NCBI GenBank assembly: GCA_945903305.1
Contig: CAMDOA010000003.1
Span: 2,325 to 66,324, forward strand
Length of the DNA stretch: 64,000 bases
Source of the DNA: Chitinophaga pinensis
GTDB lineage: Bacteria > Bacteroidota > Bacteroidia > Chitinophagales > UBA10324
Reading direction: 5' to 3'
Shown: positions 29,071-39,412 of the stretch, in pieces
Layout of the letters: each line of letters begins with the position of its first letter
Numbering within the stretch: the stretch's first letter is position 1
Program-made: the position numbers and the translations under genes
The notes under the pieces: model-generated
Database searches by the model: none
Seen by the model: the letters and a program-made list of their open reading frames with translations, nothing else
Told to the model about the DNA's origin: nothing

Positions 29071-30180
29071 TTATTGGTTCAGAATTTTGTGATAGAAATT
29101 AATGAGTACTTTTTCTTCTGACTCCCAACTTAAACTGTTATCAATCATTCGCTTTGCGTTTGCAGCCATTTTTTCTTTCAATCCGTTTTCTGAAAATATT
29201 TTCATTACCCCGTCAGCAATTGATTGCGGAGATTTCGGATTTACATAAACCGCAGAATCGCCAAACAAATTTTTCCAATATAAAAAATCAGAAAGAACCA
29301 TTGGCAGTGAACATGCCATGTATTCAAATGGTTTGTTGGGCATTGCTTCTAAATGGTTAGCCGCTGGCAGATAAGTAAGCATTCCTGCATCAGCTATTTT
29401 CATTAAGCCATAAGCAGTTAACTGATCCAATTGTCCGAAGTATTTACATTTTCGCCAACCATCGTTATTCGCACAATCCTTTTGCAAATCAACTTCATCC
29501 CAGGTTCCGGCAATCCACAATTCATAATCATTTGAAAGAAATTTCATCGCACTCAACATCTCTTCAATTCCACGAATTCTTGTTAATCCACCAGTAAAAA
29601 CGAGAATGATTTTATCTCCTTTTTCAATTTTAGAAGCGGCTGCACTTTCAATCAAGCTAAGCACAGGCAGGTTTCTAATTAATACTGATTTCCTCTTTCC
29701 AAATTGCTCATAAATATTTTCAGTAGCCCCAATAATTCCGTTCAAAACTAAATATGAAAATTGTTCAGCAGTATGAGCAAGAATCGAAATTGATTTCCTA
29801 AGGAAAGTGGGTTTTATCCAAGGTTTGTCAATAATATCTTTTGCTAAATTTTCGTGCGCATCATAAATCACTTTTTTTCCAAACAGTCTCAATAACCAAC
29901 CAATCGGCATTAACTCAGGATCATGCAAATGATAGAGTGATGATTTAGTGTTTAATGCTTTAATAAGTGCGCTGAAAGGTTTGAAAAATATTCTTATAAA
30001 TCTTGAATTGGTTTCAGAGAGCGCAACTATTTGAACATTATTAATGATTTCATTTTTATTATTTGTTACAACATAAAAAACTTCATAGCCATTCTCGGAT
30101 AATGATAAACATTCCTTAATGAAGATTCGAATATCCTTCACTGAATGTACTGTGGAAATATGGCAGATACGAATTGACAT
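29071..30180 (-). CDS. GT-B glycosyltransferase (family 4/1)
   Basis: The start MSIRICHISTVHS.. is typical of this GT4 subgroup, and a C-terminal E-x7-E-like region is present (NKPFEYMACSLPMVLSD). The ORF-track start at 30258 adds 26 non-conserved-looking residues and overlaps the upstream gene. Confidence 0.75.
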   Translation of the reverse strand: MSIRICHISTVHSVKDIRIFIKECLSLSENGYEVFYVVTNNKNEIINNVQIVALSETNSRFIRIFFKPFSALIKALNTKSSLYHLHDPELMPIGWLLRLFGKKVIYDAHENLAKDIIDKPWIKPTFLRKSISILAHTAEQFSYLVLNGIIGATENIYEQFGKRKSVLIRNLPVLSLIESAAASKIEKGDKIILVFTGGLTRIRGIEEMLSAMKFLSNDYELWIAGTWDEVDLQKDCANNDGWRKCKYFGQLDQLTAYGLMKIADAGMLTYLPAANHLEAMPNKPFEYMACSLPMVLSDFLYWKNLFGDSAVYVNPKSPQSIADGVMKIFSENGLKEKMAANAKRMIDNSLSWESEEKVLINFYHKILNQ

Positions 30181-30238
30181 TTGGATGGGCGCGAAAATAG
30201 CAGAAGAAATAGTTTGAATGCAAAAGCCAGCAAACGAT

Positions 30239-31483
30239 TTAGGTTGTCGTTTTAACAAACCCTTTCCTGAAAATAAGAAAGAGTATAATTATAAGTGCCC
30301 AACCACCTGATAATAGTAGTGTTAGAAAAGATGAGGAACTCAACATAAGTACATAAAAAATATTGATGCAGAGTTTGATAAAATTATTTTCTAAGAAAAG
30401 AAAATTTATAAAGACAAAAATCAATGCTAGAATAATTGCTGAATAAATGATTCCAATCCATCCGAAATTGGAATAATCATACATAAAACTTGCAACATTT
30501 ACTTCACCTGCATAACCCAGTTTAGCATATTCAGGATACATGAGTTCATACAATTCAGAGGAATAATTGCGATACTCACAATTTTTTATTGGTGCAATAA
30601 ATCGAAACCCACAACCATTGAGAAATGGTTTTTGCGAAGGAATGGTTTCGAACCATCCAGAAACGGTTTTACCAGGAATATAAAAAGTGCGATCAAGCAG
30701 ATTGGACATGCTGCTTTCCAGTCCAGCTCCTTTATCTATAATGCGGTCCGAAACAATTTTTGTATTAGTGTCACCACTTCGAAGGGATGGATTTGCAATG
30801 AACATCAGAAAATTTAATCCACCAAAAATGATAAGCCCAAATAAAATAAACCGAAAAAAATGTCGCTTATAAAAACAAAAAATCAAAAGAGGAATGAATG
30901 AGGTGACTACAAAACTTTTTGCAATCAATGAAAGACAATAAAACAAGGAGACAACAAATACAGGAATAAATATTTTCCAATTTCCTTTTTGATAAAAAAA
31001 AATTAGCAGAAATGGGATTATTGCCTTTAATGTAAAACTGCTTAAATAATTTATCAGTTCGGAAGAATCGGCGGTTACTGATTTTCGTATCTCATAAATT
31101 TTGAAAGAATCGTTGCTGAACCAGGCGCGAATAGTTGGAACACCACCCAGGTAAATGAAGTGAACCGCCATAAAAAGCACTGTTGCCATTAAAATAACGA
31201 TGGAAAAAATTTCTACTTTTTTTACTTCAATTTTCGAAATAACAGTAGAGATAATTCTATTTAAAAAGACCGATTGATTAAATAATTTTTCGGATAAAAA
31301 ATAAGTGAGTAAAAAAACGGAAGTATATACAAGCAGGTAAGAAATGTATTGTGTGCCACTGTCGGAAATCAAACCAAGCATGAGAAATAACATGACCACG
31401 CAATAAACCATCAACAAATTATGACGGTGGTTACAAAATATATCAATCCACTTATACAGTATTTTGTCTAACAGATTTTTCAT
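30239..31483 (-). CDS. Polytopic membrane protein, candidate O-antigen/oligosaccharide-unit polymerase (Wzy-like)
   Basis: 414 aa with about 10 or more TM helices and one large loop. It sits between a flippase and a glycosyltransferase. No specific motif was recognised, so the function is inferred from context only. Confidence 0.4.
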   Translation of the reverse strand: MKNLLDKILYKWIDIFCNHRHNLLMVYCVVMLFLMLGLISDSGTQYISYLLVYTSVFLLTYFLSEKLFNQSVFLNRIISTVISKIEVKKVEIFSIVILMATVLFMAVHFIYLGGVPTIRAWFSNDSFKIYEIRKSVTADSSELINYLSSFTLKAIIPFLLIFFYQKGNWKIFIPVFVVSLFYCLSLIAKSFVVTSFIPLLIFCFYKRHFFRFILFGLIIFGGLNFLMFIANPSLRSGDTNTKIVSDRIIDKGAGLESSMSNLLDRTFYIPGKTVSGWFETIPSQKPFLNGCGFRFIAPIKNCEYRNYSSELYELMYPEYAKLGYAGEVNVASFMYDYSNFGWIGIIYSAIILALIFVFINFLFLENNFIKLCINIFYVLMLSSSSFLTLLLSGGWALIIILFLIFRKGFVKTTT

Positions 31484-32729
31484 ATTGGTTTAATGCAGTA
31501 AGAATAAGAACAAAGTAAACAGAATAGAGCAAAACATCAATGGCAAGATTTGCATAGAGGAAGAATTGAATTTCATTTTCACCAAAAAACCAAAGTGCAC
31601 AAATGGCAAAAAAGTAAAGCGCCTGCCAGGCCGAAATAGTTTTTACACGACCCAATGCGGGCAATAAAATACTGAATGATGAAACCAGAAATTGCAACGA
31701 ACAACTCAAGGCCAGAATCCGTGCAAACTCTCCGGCAGTTTCCCACTTGCTGCCGAATACCAGACTGAATAACCACGGACCTGTAAGCGATACAACTATA
31801 AAAACAAGTGTTGCAACACCGGCAAGAAGCATAAACAAATTGTTGAATTCCTTTTTTATAGAAATTTTTTGCTGAATCTTTTCGGTGGCGCGCTGAAATA
31901 AAACCTGCGATACGGAATAAGAGATAAATGAAACCGGAACAATTAATACCTGCCGAGCCAAAGTAAAATAACCGGCAATAGTTGATGTATAAAAAATGGT
32001 AATGAAGAACAAGGGCAAACTTGAACTCACCGCATTCATTAATGCCGGCAATGTATTGTAAGTGAGGAAATCGCTGTGAACTGAAAACATTTTTTGCATT
32101 CCACTTCGGGTGATTCCTGCTTTTTTAAAGCCTGTTGAATTCAGTTGAATCCAACCGACAATATTGATGGCAACCCATCCGAGTGCATAGCCAATCACAA
32201 TTCCATACGGAACTCCCAATAACCCAAGTACAATGCTTCCGGCAGTGGATGAAAAAGTTTGTCCGATTTTATTGAGCGCATTTTTTCGGAATTCTTTTTT
32301 CCGGATAAGCCAGAAATTTAGCGCCTGATAAATACTGATAAATAAAATAACAACCGGAGCGAGGTAAAGCAGCGATGAAAAATCGGGTTGCTGTAATTTA
32401 TCAATAATAATATCGTGAAAAAAAACAGTAAGCGTTCCGAACATAATTCCGGTGACGATGCTGATGAAAAGTGAAAGGGCAAAAACATTTTTTGCTTCTT
32501 CTTCTTTTTCCGGAATCATGATGGCCATTTCGTAGCGAGCACTTCCGATTACTGAAAATGAATTGGTGATAATCATGAACAAACCAAGCAAACCAAATTC
32601 AGCCGGTTCAAAAATGCGGGTGAGAAACGGAGAAGCAAGAACCGGAATAAGTTGCGCAATGACATTGCCGGACATGAGTGTGAAAAAATTTCTTAAAAAC
32701 TCATTGTCAGGAATCCGTTTTTTAATCAT
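31452..32729 (-). CDS. Wzx-type oligosaccharide flippase (MOP superfamily), copy 1
   Basis: 425 aa with about 12 or more TM helices. The N-terminus MIKKRIPDNEFLRNFFTLMSGNVIAQLIPVLASPFLTRIFEPAEFG is typical of polysaccharide biosynthesis (PST) proteins. Confidence 0.7.
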   Translation of the reverse strand: MIKKRIPDNEFLRNFFTLMSGNVIAQLIPVLASPFLTRIFEPAEFGLLGLFMIITNSFSVIGSARYEMAIMIPEKEEEAKNVFALSLFISIVTGIMFGTLTVFFHDIIIDKLQQPDFSSLLYLAPVVILFISIYQALNFWLIRKKEFRKNALNKIGQTFSSTAGSIVLGLLGVPYGIVIGYALGWVAINIVGWIQLNSTGFKKAGITRSGMQKMFSVHSDFLTYNTLPALMNAVSSSLPLFFITIFYTSTIAGYFTLARQVLIVPVSFISYSVSQVLFQRATEKIQQKISIKKEFNNLFMLLAGVATLVFIVVSLTGPWLFSLVFGSKWETAGEFARILALSCSLQFLVSSFSILLPALGRVKTISAWQALYFFAICALWFFGENEIQFFLYANLAIDVLLYSVYFVLILTALNQYEKSVRQNTV

Positions 32730-32734
32730 AGTGC

Positions 32735-34012
32735 TCAGTATGATTTTGCTTTTTTGCTTTTTGGTAAATGATAAAACCAGTACATATTATATAACAGCAA
32801 CAGGGAAGTAGAACCTGCCATTAAAACAAATGCGAGATAGACATTATGGTAGTACCCGCCAATCACCAAACTTGCAGTTCGAATAATTATATCGGCAATG
32901 CCTATCAGCATATTGTAATGCTGCATTTTAACAACCACTGCAATTACACTCACCGGTCCAAGTATAAAAGCGAGCATGAGTGTAGGAGATAATATCTGCG
33001 AATACACTCCGGCTTCGCGCCACTCACTTCCAAAAACAAAACTGAATAAATAGGGGCCTGCTAAAAGCACAATTCCGAAAATGGGAATGGAGTACAGAAA
33101 AAGTTTTTTATACACTTTCATAATTTGATGTTGCATGGCATCGGCATCAGGATAGAGTTCGCTCACGCGTTGATAAAACACCTGTCCGGTTGCTGCACTG
33201 ATGATACCTGCCGGAAGTTTTAAAATGCGATAAGAAAGAAAAAAGAAACCAGCCGCCTCGCTGCCGAAATAATAATTGACCAATGAAGCTACTATTAAAT
33301 CCTGACCAACATTGAGCAATGAATGTGGTGTATTAAAAGTTAGAAAATGAATGTAGCGGTAAAAGAGTTCCTTCATTTTTATCCAACTCACAGCTGCCTT
33401 TAACCGAAGCCAATCGGCTCTGAAAAAAACAAGATACAATGCACCAATACTTACCTGCCCTATTACCGCCCCAACAATTAATCCGCCGTGCTGAAATCCT
33501 AAAATGAAAAACAAGATGCTGAACAATGCTGTGCAAGCTGATTGAGCCACCTTTCCATAACTGAGTTGCCTGAATTTTTTCATACGCGACAACCAGTAAT
33601 TGAGTGTGCCCATGCATCCAAAGAAAAAAACATACAATGCGACCCACGATAGGTAAGGTTCTATTGGTTCGGAATGAATGAATGAAAGTAAAACACCACC
33701 GCACAATTGAAAAAGCAGAAAAATAAAGATGGAATAAATGAAAGTGATTAAGAACGAGAGTGAAACCACATTCATGGCTTCTTCGTCTTTTTGCGGAAGC
33801 ATTACTGCAAACTCATAACGGAAAGTTGAAACAACAGCGGTAGTCGCAGCAAGATTTATAAAGATGGAGTATAAACCGAAATCTTCAGGTGAATAGATGC
33901 GGCTCAATACCGGTGATAATGCAATAGTGATTATTTGTGAGAGCAAAGTGCCCCCAACCACATTGGCTACATTTTTACTGAACTCGGTTTTCGGTATTAA
34001 TTTTTTAATCAT
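32735..34012 (-). CDS. Wzx-type oligosaccharide flippase (MOP superfamily), copy 2 (tandem paralog)
   Basis: Also 425 aa. Its N-terminus MIKKLIPKTEFSKNVANVVGGTLLSQIITIALSPVLSRIYSPEDFG is collinear with copy 1. Confidence 0.7.
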   Translation of the reverse strand: MIKKLIPKTEFSKNVANVVGGTLLSQIITIALSPVLSRIYSPEDFGLYSIFINLAATTAVVSTFRYEFAVMLPQKDEEAMNVVSLSFLITFIYSIFIFLLFQLCGGVLLSFIHSEPIEPYLSWVALYVFFFGCMGTLNYWLSRMKKFRQLSYGKVAQSACTALFSILFFILGFQHGGLIVGAVIGQVSIGALYLVFFRADWLRLKAAVSWIKMKELFYRYIHFLTFNTPHSLLNVGQDLIVASLVNYYFGSEAAGFFFLSYRILKLPAGIISAATGQVFYQRVSELYPDADAMQHQIMKVYKKLFLYSIPIFGIVLLAGPYLFSFVFGSEWREAGVYSQILSPTLMLAFILGPVSVIAVVVKMQHYNMLIGIADIIIRTASLVIGGYYHNVYLAFVLMAGSTSLLLLYNMYWFYHLPKSKKAKSY

Positions 34013-34022
34013 GTTGAAAGCC

Positions 34023-35042
34023 TCAACGCTTCACCTGATGATATATTCTTTCAATGATGTCAACCACTTTTAACCCTTCCATGGCATTAGTGGTGATGGT
34101 TGATTTTCCCTGCAAGGTTTCCACAACATTATCAATTACATAATGATGATTGGCGGCGCTTCCTTTGTAAGCACCATAATCATTTGGCGGATTGCTTGGC
34201 GCCAGTTCAGGCATTGTATAATCTTTGATGTGGCAGTATTCCACTTTATCCATGTACTGTCCGCCCACTTTCACACTGCCGTTTTCGCCAATGATGGTGA
34301 TGCTGCTTTCTAAATTTTTATCCCAAACAGAAGTAGTATAGTTGATGCAGCCGATTCCGCCATTATTGAAATGGAAATTCACAATTCCTGAATCATCAAT
34401 GAACTCGGTATTTTTTGTGTGATTGAAATTTTCGAATCGCGCATTAATATCTTTTATATCACCAAACAGCCAGTACATAATATCAATGAAGTGACTGAAC
34501 TGAGTGAAGAGCGGACCACCATCTAAATCATATAATCCTTTCCATCCACCTTTTTTATAATAACGATCGTCACGGTTCCAATAACAATTCACCTGAACCA
34601 TAAACACATTGCCGAAACGGTTTTCATCGATCAACGATTTTAACCAGGCCGATGGCGGGCTGTACCGATTCTGCATCACACAAAAAACCTGTCGCGATAC
34701 TTGTAGCGATTTATAAATCACCTGTTCGCATTCGGCTTTGGTTAATCCCATTGGTTTTTCACAAACCACATGACACTTTTTTTCCAATGCTAAAAGCGAT
34801 TGCGATGCATGCAATCCGTTTGGTGTACAAATATTCACCACATCAATTTCAATATCCGACTTAAACAATTCTTCAATTGAATTGAAAAATTTAGTTGCGT
34901 ATTCCTTTTCAACCAAATCTTTCAACTGAATATTCGTATCGACTACTGCGGTTAATTCAGTATCGGTTCGGCGGCGAATCATTTCGGCGTGTCGCTTTCC
35001 AATGTGACCAAATCCTATAACTGCAAATCGAATTTTACTCAT
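34023..35042 (-). CDS. Gfo/Idh/MocA-family NAD-dependent sugar oxidoreductase (WbpB-like)
   Basis: The N-terminal Rossmann motif is IRFAVIGFGHIGKRH, EKP is in CEKPMGL, and length is 339 aa. Confidence 0.8.
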   Translation of the reverse strand: MSKIRFAVIGFGHIGKRHAEMIRRRTDTELTAVVDTNIQLKDLVEKEYATKFFNSIEELFKSDIEIDVVNICTPNGLHASQSLLALEKKCHVVCEKPMGLTKAECEQVIYKSLQVSRQVFCVMQNRYSPPSAWLKSLIDENRFGNVFMVQVNCYWNRDDRYYKKGGWKGLYDLDGGPLFTQFSHFIDIMYWLFGDIKDINARFENFNHTKNTEFIDDSGIVNFHFNNGGIGCINYTTSVWDKNLESSITIIGENGSVKVGGQYMDKVEYCHIKDYTMPELAPSNPPNDYGAYKGSAANHHYVIDNVVETLQGKSTITTNAMEGLKVVDIIERIYHQVKR

Positions 35043-35060
35043 TTGTTTTTTTATTGATTT

Positions 35061-36704
35061 TTAAAAATCGAAATAGTGATTGAACAATGAAGTCTTGAAG
35101 CCAAAAGTAATGAAATTGGTGGGGCTGCTTATTCCATCAATGGTTTGGTTTCGGTAGGTATAAGAAATTTCGGCTCGCAGATTATTGTTTCTGTTTATCA
35201 GGTAATTCAATTTCAAAATTGAAATCAAGATGGTCGATTCCACACCTTGTCCCACATAGTTTCCATAAGTGCCAACAAATTTTCCATTAAAATCAAAGCT
35301 GTTTGGAATAGCATAATCAGACCGGTAAACATCTTGTCCAACATTTCCTGATGCTGAATCAATTCCTGTTAAAACATACATGAGTTCAAATCCGGCAAAC
35401 CAACGGCGATGATTGTATTGAAGTAATAAAAGCGCCTCGCGGAAATTAGCTCCAAGCGGATGTGCCAGCGGCTGGTTAAAATGCGCATAATTCATAACCG
35501 GCAATTTATGGTTGTAAGTATAGGGCCATACTTCGTTGTACTCGGCCTGAACCGATAAACCGGAAATGTTCAGCACATTAAAATATTTCAGTCCAAGCTG
35601 GTAAGCATATTTATTCCGGTAGAAACCTTTTTTGCCTTTCGACTTTGCCAGATCAAAATCATCTAATAGCAACTGATTATAGAAAGTAATATGGTTTGAA
35701 ATTTTCCACTTGAATGATGTTCCAATCAACGAATTATCGGGTGAACCTAAATTCCATTGAACAGAATGATAGTAAATAATTGGATTAAGATAATTGAAAT
35801 CAAAACCACGATACGAAACCGAATCGCGCGCCTGCCAGACTATAGCTTCAAAAAATCCCAACTCCATACTTTTTCCAATCAAGATACTTAAATGATGCGC
35901 TGCTAAATATTTCCGGCGAAAGCCCTCACCTAAAACAGAAGCTGTTCTGGTATCAGCCATTTGCGACCACAAGTTGGTGTACTGAAATTTTCCAGCAGTT
36001 GTAGTAATTTTCAACATTGGAAACGGAACCGAATTATCTGATAACAACAAGGAACGATATCCATCGCCGATAAAAACTTTATTGTGCCCCAGTTGAAAAT
36101 TAAAATGTTTTGAGGGCGTGTATGAAATATATCCGGTGCCCGAAGCATAATCATAACTCTGATCATTTTTAAAGCGAATGGCACGACCGATGCCGGGAAC
36201 AACATTGGAATCGCGCACGAAAACAGTAAGGGATTTTGGAAACAACGATTGATTTTCGGAGAAATAAGTTTCGAACGAAAATTTCTTTCCGATGTCGCCT
36301 CTGATAATTGCCCCGCGCGAATTGGTGTAAGTAGTCCTGTCCCAGTTAAAATCTTTTCCCATTTCAAAATCAATAAACGGGTTAACAGCAATTTGAAAAT
36401 CACAATCATGGATGGCAATTAAGTTTTCGTGCACTACATGATGGTAAATTTTCCGGGTTATTCCTTTTGGTTCAATTCGCTTTTTCATCCAGCTATAAAT
36501 TGAATCGTTGCTGCACGAGGCAGGCAATGCTGAAACAATGTAGGGTTTGAATGAAGTATGAATCAACACATTCTTATTGTTCAGCTTCCACTCATACTGC
36601 GCGAGTAATTGTTTTTCTATGGAAGGTGATAATTGTTGTGCCGTTGAACTGTTAAAGGCAGCCATTAAAATGAAAGTGAATAAAATAGCAACCGGAATTT
36701 TCAA
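35061..36704 (-). CDS. Outer-membrane beta-barrel protein, possibly capsule-assembly Wzi family
   Basis: A signal peptide (FILMAAFNSSTAQQ, TTG start) is followed by alternating beta-strand patterns and a terminal F. It lies in the polysaccharide locus next to the WbaP-type transferase. The family assignment is tentative. Confidence 0.4.
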   Translation of the reverse strand: MKIPVAILFTFILMAAFNSSTAQQLSPSIEKQLLAQYEWKLNNKNVLIHTSFKPYIVSALPASCSNDSIYSWMKKRIEPKGITRKIYHHVVHENLIAIHDCDFQIAVNPFIDFEMGKDFNWDRTTYTNSRGAIIRGDIGKKFSFETYFSENQSLFPKSLTVFVRDSNVVPGIGRAIRFKNDQSYDYASGTGYISYTPSKHFNFQLGHNKVFIGDGYRSLLLSDNSVPFPMLKITTTAGKFQYTNLWSQMADTRTASVLGEGFRRKYLAAHHLSILIGKSMELGFFEAIVWQARDSVSYRGFDFNYLNPIIYYHSVQWNLGSPDNSLIGTSFKWKISNHITFYNQLLLDDFDLAKSKGKKGFYRNKYAYQLGLKYFNVLNISGLSVQAEYNEVWPYTYNHKLPVMNYAHFNQPLAHPLGANFREALLLLQYNHRRWFAGFELMYVLTGIDSASGNVGQDVYRSDYAIPNSFDFNGKFVGTYGNYVGQGVESTILISILKLNYLINRNNNLRAEISYTYRNQTIDGISSPTNFITFGFKTSLFNHYFDF

Positions 36705-36746
36705 ATGAGCTGATTTAATTTAGAATAAACATGACTTTGATTTATA

Positions 36747-38141
36747 TCAGTAACCATTTTTTTCGCCTTTAACAATATTGACAATGGTGAGTAAAATTAT
36801 TTTTATATCGAGCAGGAAGTTCCAGTTCTCGATGTAAAACACATCGGCCACAATTCTCTTTTCCATCTTTTCGTGATTGGCTGTTTCGCCTCTGAACCCC
36901 CGGGCCTGCGCCAAACCTGTAACACCGGGCTTCACTAGGTGACGAATCATGTACTTTGAAACAATTGAGCGGTACTCTTCATTCAGTTTTAAAGGGTGTG
37001 GTCGGGGTCCAACCACACTCATTTCGCCAATCAATACATTTATGAATTGCGGCAACTCATCAATGTTGTATTTTCTTAAAAATTTTCCAAGTCGGGTAAC
37101 GCGCGCGTCGTTTTGTTTTGCCTGCATAAATTCTCCATCAGTTTCACGCACATTCATGGTTCTGAACTTGATAATCTTAAAAGTTTTATAATTTAATCCT
37201 GAACGGTTTTGCAGATAAAAAACTGTGTCTCGTGATTCAAGCCACAAAGCAATTCCCACTAATGGAATGAGCCAGGATAATATAAAAACAATAACCAACA
37301 AGCTGAACCCAATATCAAAAAATCGTTTGGCAGCATTATTAAAATAATTGCTTAATGGTTCCGGCGCTGGCGAAATAACCGGAACAAATCCATAATAATC
37401 AATGGCGAATGGTTTATTGTGAATGGCGCTAAAATCGGGTACTATTTTAAACCGGATTAAATGCTTCTCGGCAAATGATAACAACTGAGCTATTTTATTT
37501 GTTTCGGTTAATGGCAGCGCGCAAAAAATATCTTCAATGTTATTATCCGCACAAAATGATTCAGCAGCTTTTAGATCGCCGGTAATTTTAAAATCCTTCT
37601 GTTCGACAGTATATGAATCATCAAAAACTCCGAACACTTTGTATCCATACCCTTTATGCGTTTGTAAAATTTTTAATATCTGACTTGCCATTGGTCCCGA
37701 ACCAATAATTACAGCAGTACGAAAATGGTCGGTTGTGTTTCTGGTATTTCGCAACCAAAAGAGTAAAAACAACCGCCAGATTAAATCAAATGGAATAAAA
37801 AAAAGATAGGCCTGAATAATTATGTCGCGGGTTAAATCAAAATTTTTTAAAAGAAAAACCAAGGAAAAAACAACCAGCACATGTATAAACAAAGTACGGA
37901 ATAAGTGGTTGAATGATTGTTCGAACCGCTCAATTCGGTTGGCGTTATACAATTTAAATGAATAGCCAAGATAAATCCAGGCGATGGTTACCCACAAAGA
38001 AATTTTAATGGCAAACTCATTTTCATTTGCACTTTTAAAATCGCGTGAAAAATAAAGTGATAATAAAAATGCGGAATTAAGTATAAATAAATCGCCCAAT
38101 AATGTGATAGCGCGATAGACAAGAAATTTTTGCTTAAACAT
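36747..38141 (-). CDS. Polyprenyl glycosylphosphotransferase, WbaP/WcaJ type (initiating enzyme)
   Basis: 464 aa. Four N-terminal TM helices and a CoA-binding-like middle domain are followed by a C-terminal sugar transferase domain with KFRTM, DELPQF and SVVGPRPH. Confidence 0.85.
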   Translation of the reverse strand: MFKQKFLVYRAITLLGDLFILNSAFLLSLYFSRDFKSANENEFAIKISLWVTIAWIYLGYSFKLYNANRIERFEQSFNHLFRTLFIHVLVVFSLVFLLKNFDLTRDIIIQAYLFFIPFDLIWRLFLLFWLRNTRNTTDHFRTAVIIGSGPMASQILKILQTHKGYGYKVFGVFDDSYTVEQKDFKITGDLKAAESFCADNNIEDIFCALPLTETNKIAQLLSFAEKHLIRFKIVPDFSAIHNKPFAIDYYGFVPVISPAPEPLSNYFNNAAKRFFDIGFSLLVIVFILSWLIPLVGIALWLESRDTVFYLQNRSGLNYKTFKIIKFRTMNVRETDGEFMQAKQNDARVTRLGKFLRKYNIDELPQFINVLIGEMSVVGPRPHPLKLNEEYRSIVSKYMIRHLVKPGVTGLAQARGFRGETANHEKMEKRIVADVFYIENWNFLLDIKIILLTIVNIVKGEKNGY

Positions 38142-38216
38142 TTACAGCCCGGTTATAGTCAGACAGCAAATTTAATTTAAAGAGTGGTGGAAAATAATTA
38201 ATGCGAAAGCTTTTAT

Positions 38217-39374
38217 CTATTTTTTATCAGAGGTTGTAGCATTCAATTTCCATTTCCTGTCAGTAATCATTTTTGAAAACAGTTCATCGTACTGATTGCA
38301 GATTTTTTTCCATGTGTAATTATCAGTAATCCGCTGCCGCGAAATATCTTTTTTTGTTTTTACCTCTGTTGCGCTGTGGTCAATAAAATCTATTTGCGAG
38401 GCCAGCGATTTCGGATCGAGATTAAAATAAAATCCATGCTTATCGTCGAGCAATGTTTCGCGGTTAAAAATATTATCGTGAGCTATAACACAGCAGCCAT
38501 AAGCCAACGCTTTTAACAACGAAGGATTGGTGCCACCATAGGCATGGCCATGAAGGTAGCAGTAGCAATTGGCAAACAATTCCATTAATAAATCCTGATC
38601 GGTAATGTAGCCCGTAAAAATCACCTGTTCGTTAGCCATGGCTTTCATTCGAGTGGCGTACGCATCATTGTATGGTACATCGCCCACCACCACTAATTTC
38701 TTTTTCGAATTGCTTTTGTTAAAACCTTGAATAATGGTTTCCACATTGTTATCCGGAATCAGCCTTCCAACAATCAGGTAATAATCATCCTTTGCTAATC
38801 CGAGTTTTTCAATGGCTCCTTCGCTCTTGCTTTCTTTCGGATAAGCGCCGTACGCAATCATCACCGAACCGGCATTAAACTTTTCCCGATAATAATTCTG
38901 CATGCCGAATGCATCAGTTACTAAAACATCAAAATGCTTAACGGCAATTTTTGTAGCCCATAAAAAATATTTACCACCTAACCCTTTCCACTTTGGTCGT
39001 TCCCACTCCACTCCATCGGTATTAATGGCGGTTCGTTTTCCGAACAGGCGAAGAAATAATCCGAACGGGCCATTCGAAGTATTCACAAAAAAATACAAAT
39101 CGTAATTCATAAACAGCGCGTGCAGGGTGCTTAATGCGCTGTTGGTTATCTGGCTCAGAATTTTTGTTTCGATAGTGGGTATGTAGTGCAGCACAACATC
39201 GTTCACCACTTTCGGTTTTTCTTTAAAGTAAGAACGATGACAGTAAACATGTATCTCATACTTGCCGTGCAGGTGTTCGCACAATTCGCGTAACCATGTT
39301 TCGTAGCCGCTGTAAACAGCAGGATAACCCCTTGTACCTATAATTGCTATTCGTGGTTTTTTATTTTTTTCCAT
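38217..39374 (-). CDS. GT-B glycosyltransferase with a DUF1972-type N-terminal domain
   Basis: PRIAIIGTRGYPAVYSGYETWLRELCEHL is the DUF1972 signature, and a C-terminal GT1 domain follows. The ATG at 39374 (MEKNKKPRIAIIG) is preferred over the ORF-track start at 39449. Confidence 0.75.
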   Translation of the reverse strand: MEKNKKPRIAIIGTRGYPAVYSGYETWLRELCEHLHGKYEIHVYCHRSYFKEKPKVVNDVVLHYIPTIETKILSQITNSALSTLHALFMNYDLYFFVNTSNGPFGLFLRLFGKRTAINTDGVEWERPKWKGLGGKYFLWATKIAVKHFDVLVTDAFGMQNYYREKFNAGSVMIAYGAYPKESKSEGAIEKLGLAKDDYYLIVGRLIPDNNVETIIQGFNKSNSKKKLVVVGDVPYNDAYATRMKAMANEQVIFTGYITDQDLLMELFANCYCYLHGHAYGGTNPSLLKALAYGCCVIAHDNIFNRETLLDDKHGFYFNLDPKSLASQIDFIDHSATEVKTKKDISRQRITDNYTWKKICNQYDELFSKMITDRKWKLNATTSDKK

Positions 39375-39412
39375 TCCTGTTTTGGGCGCGCAAACATAAA
39401 CAATAGTGAATA

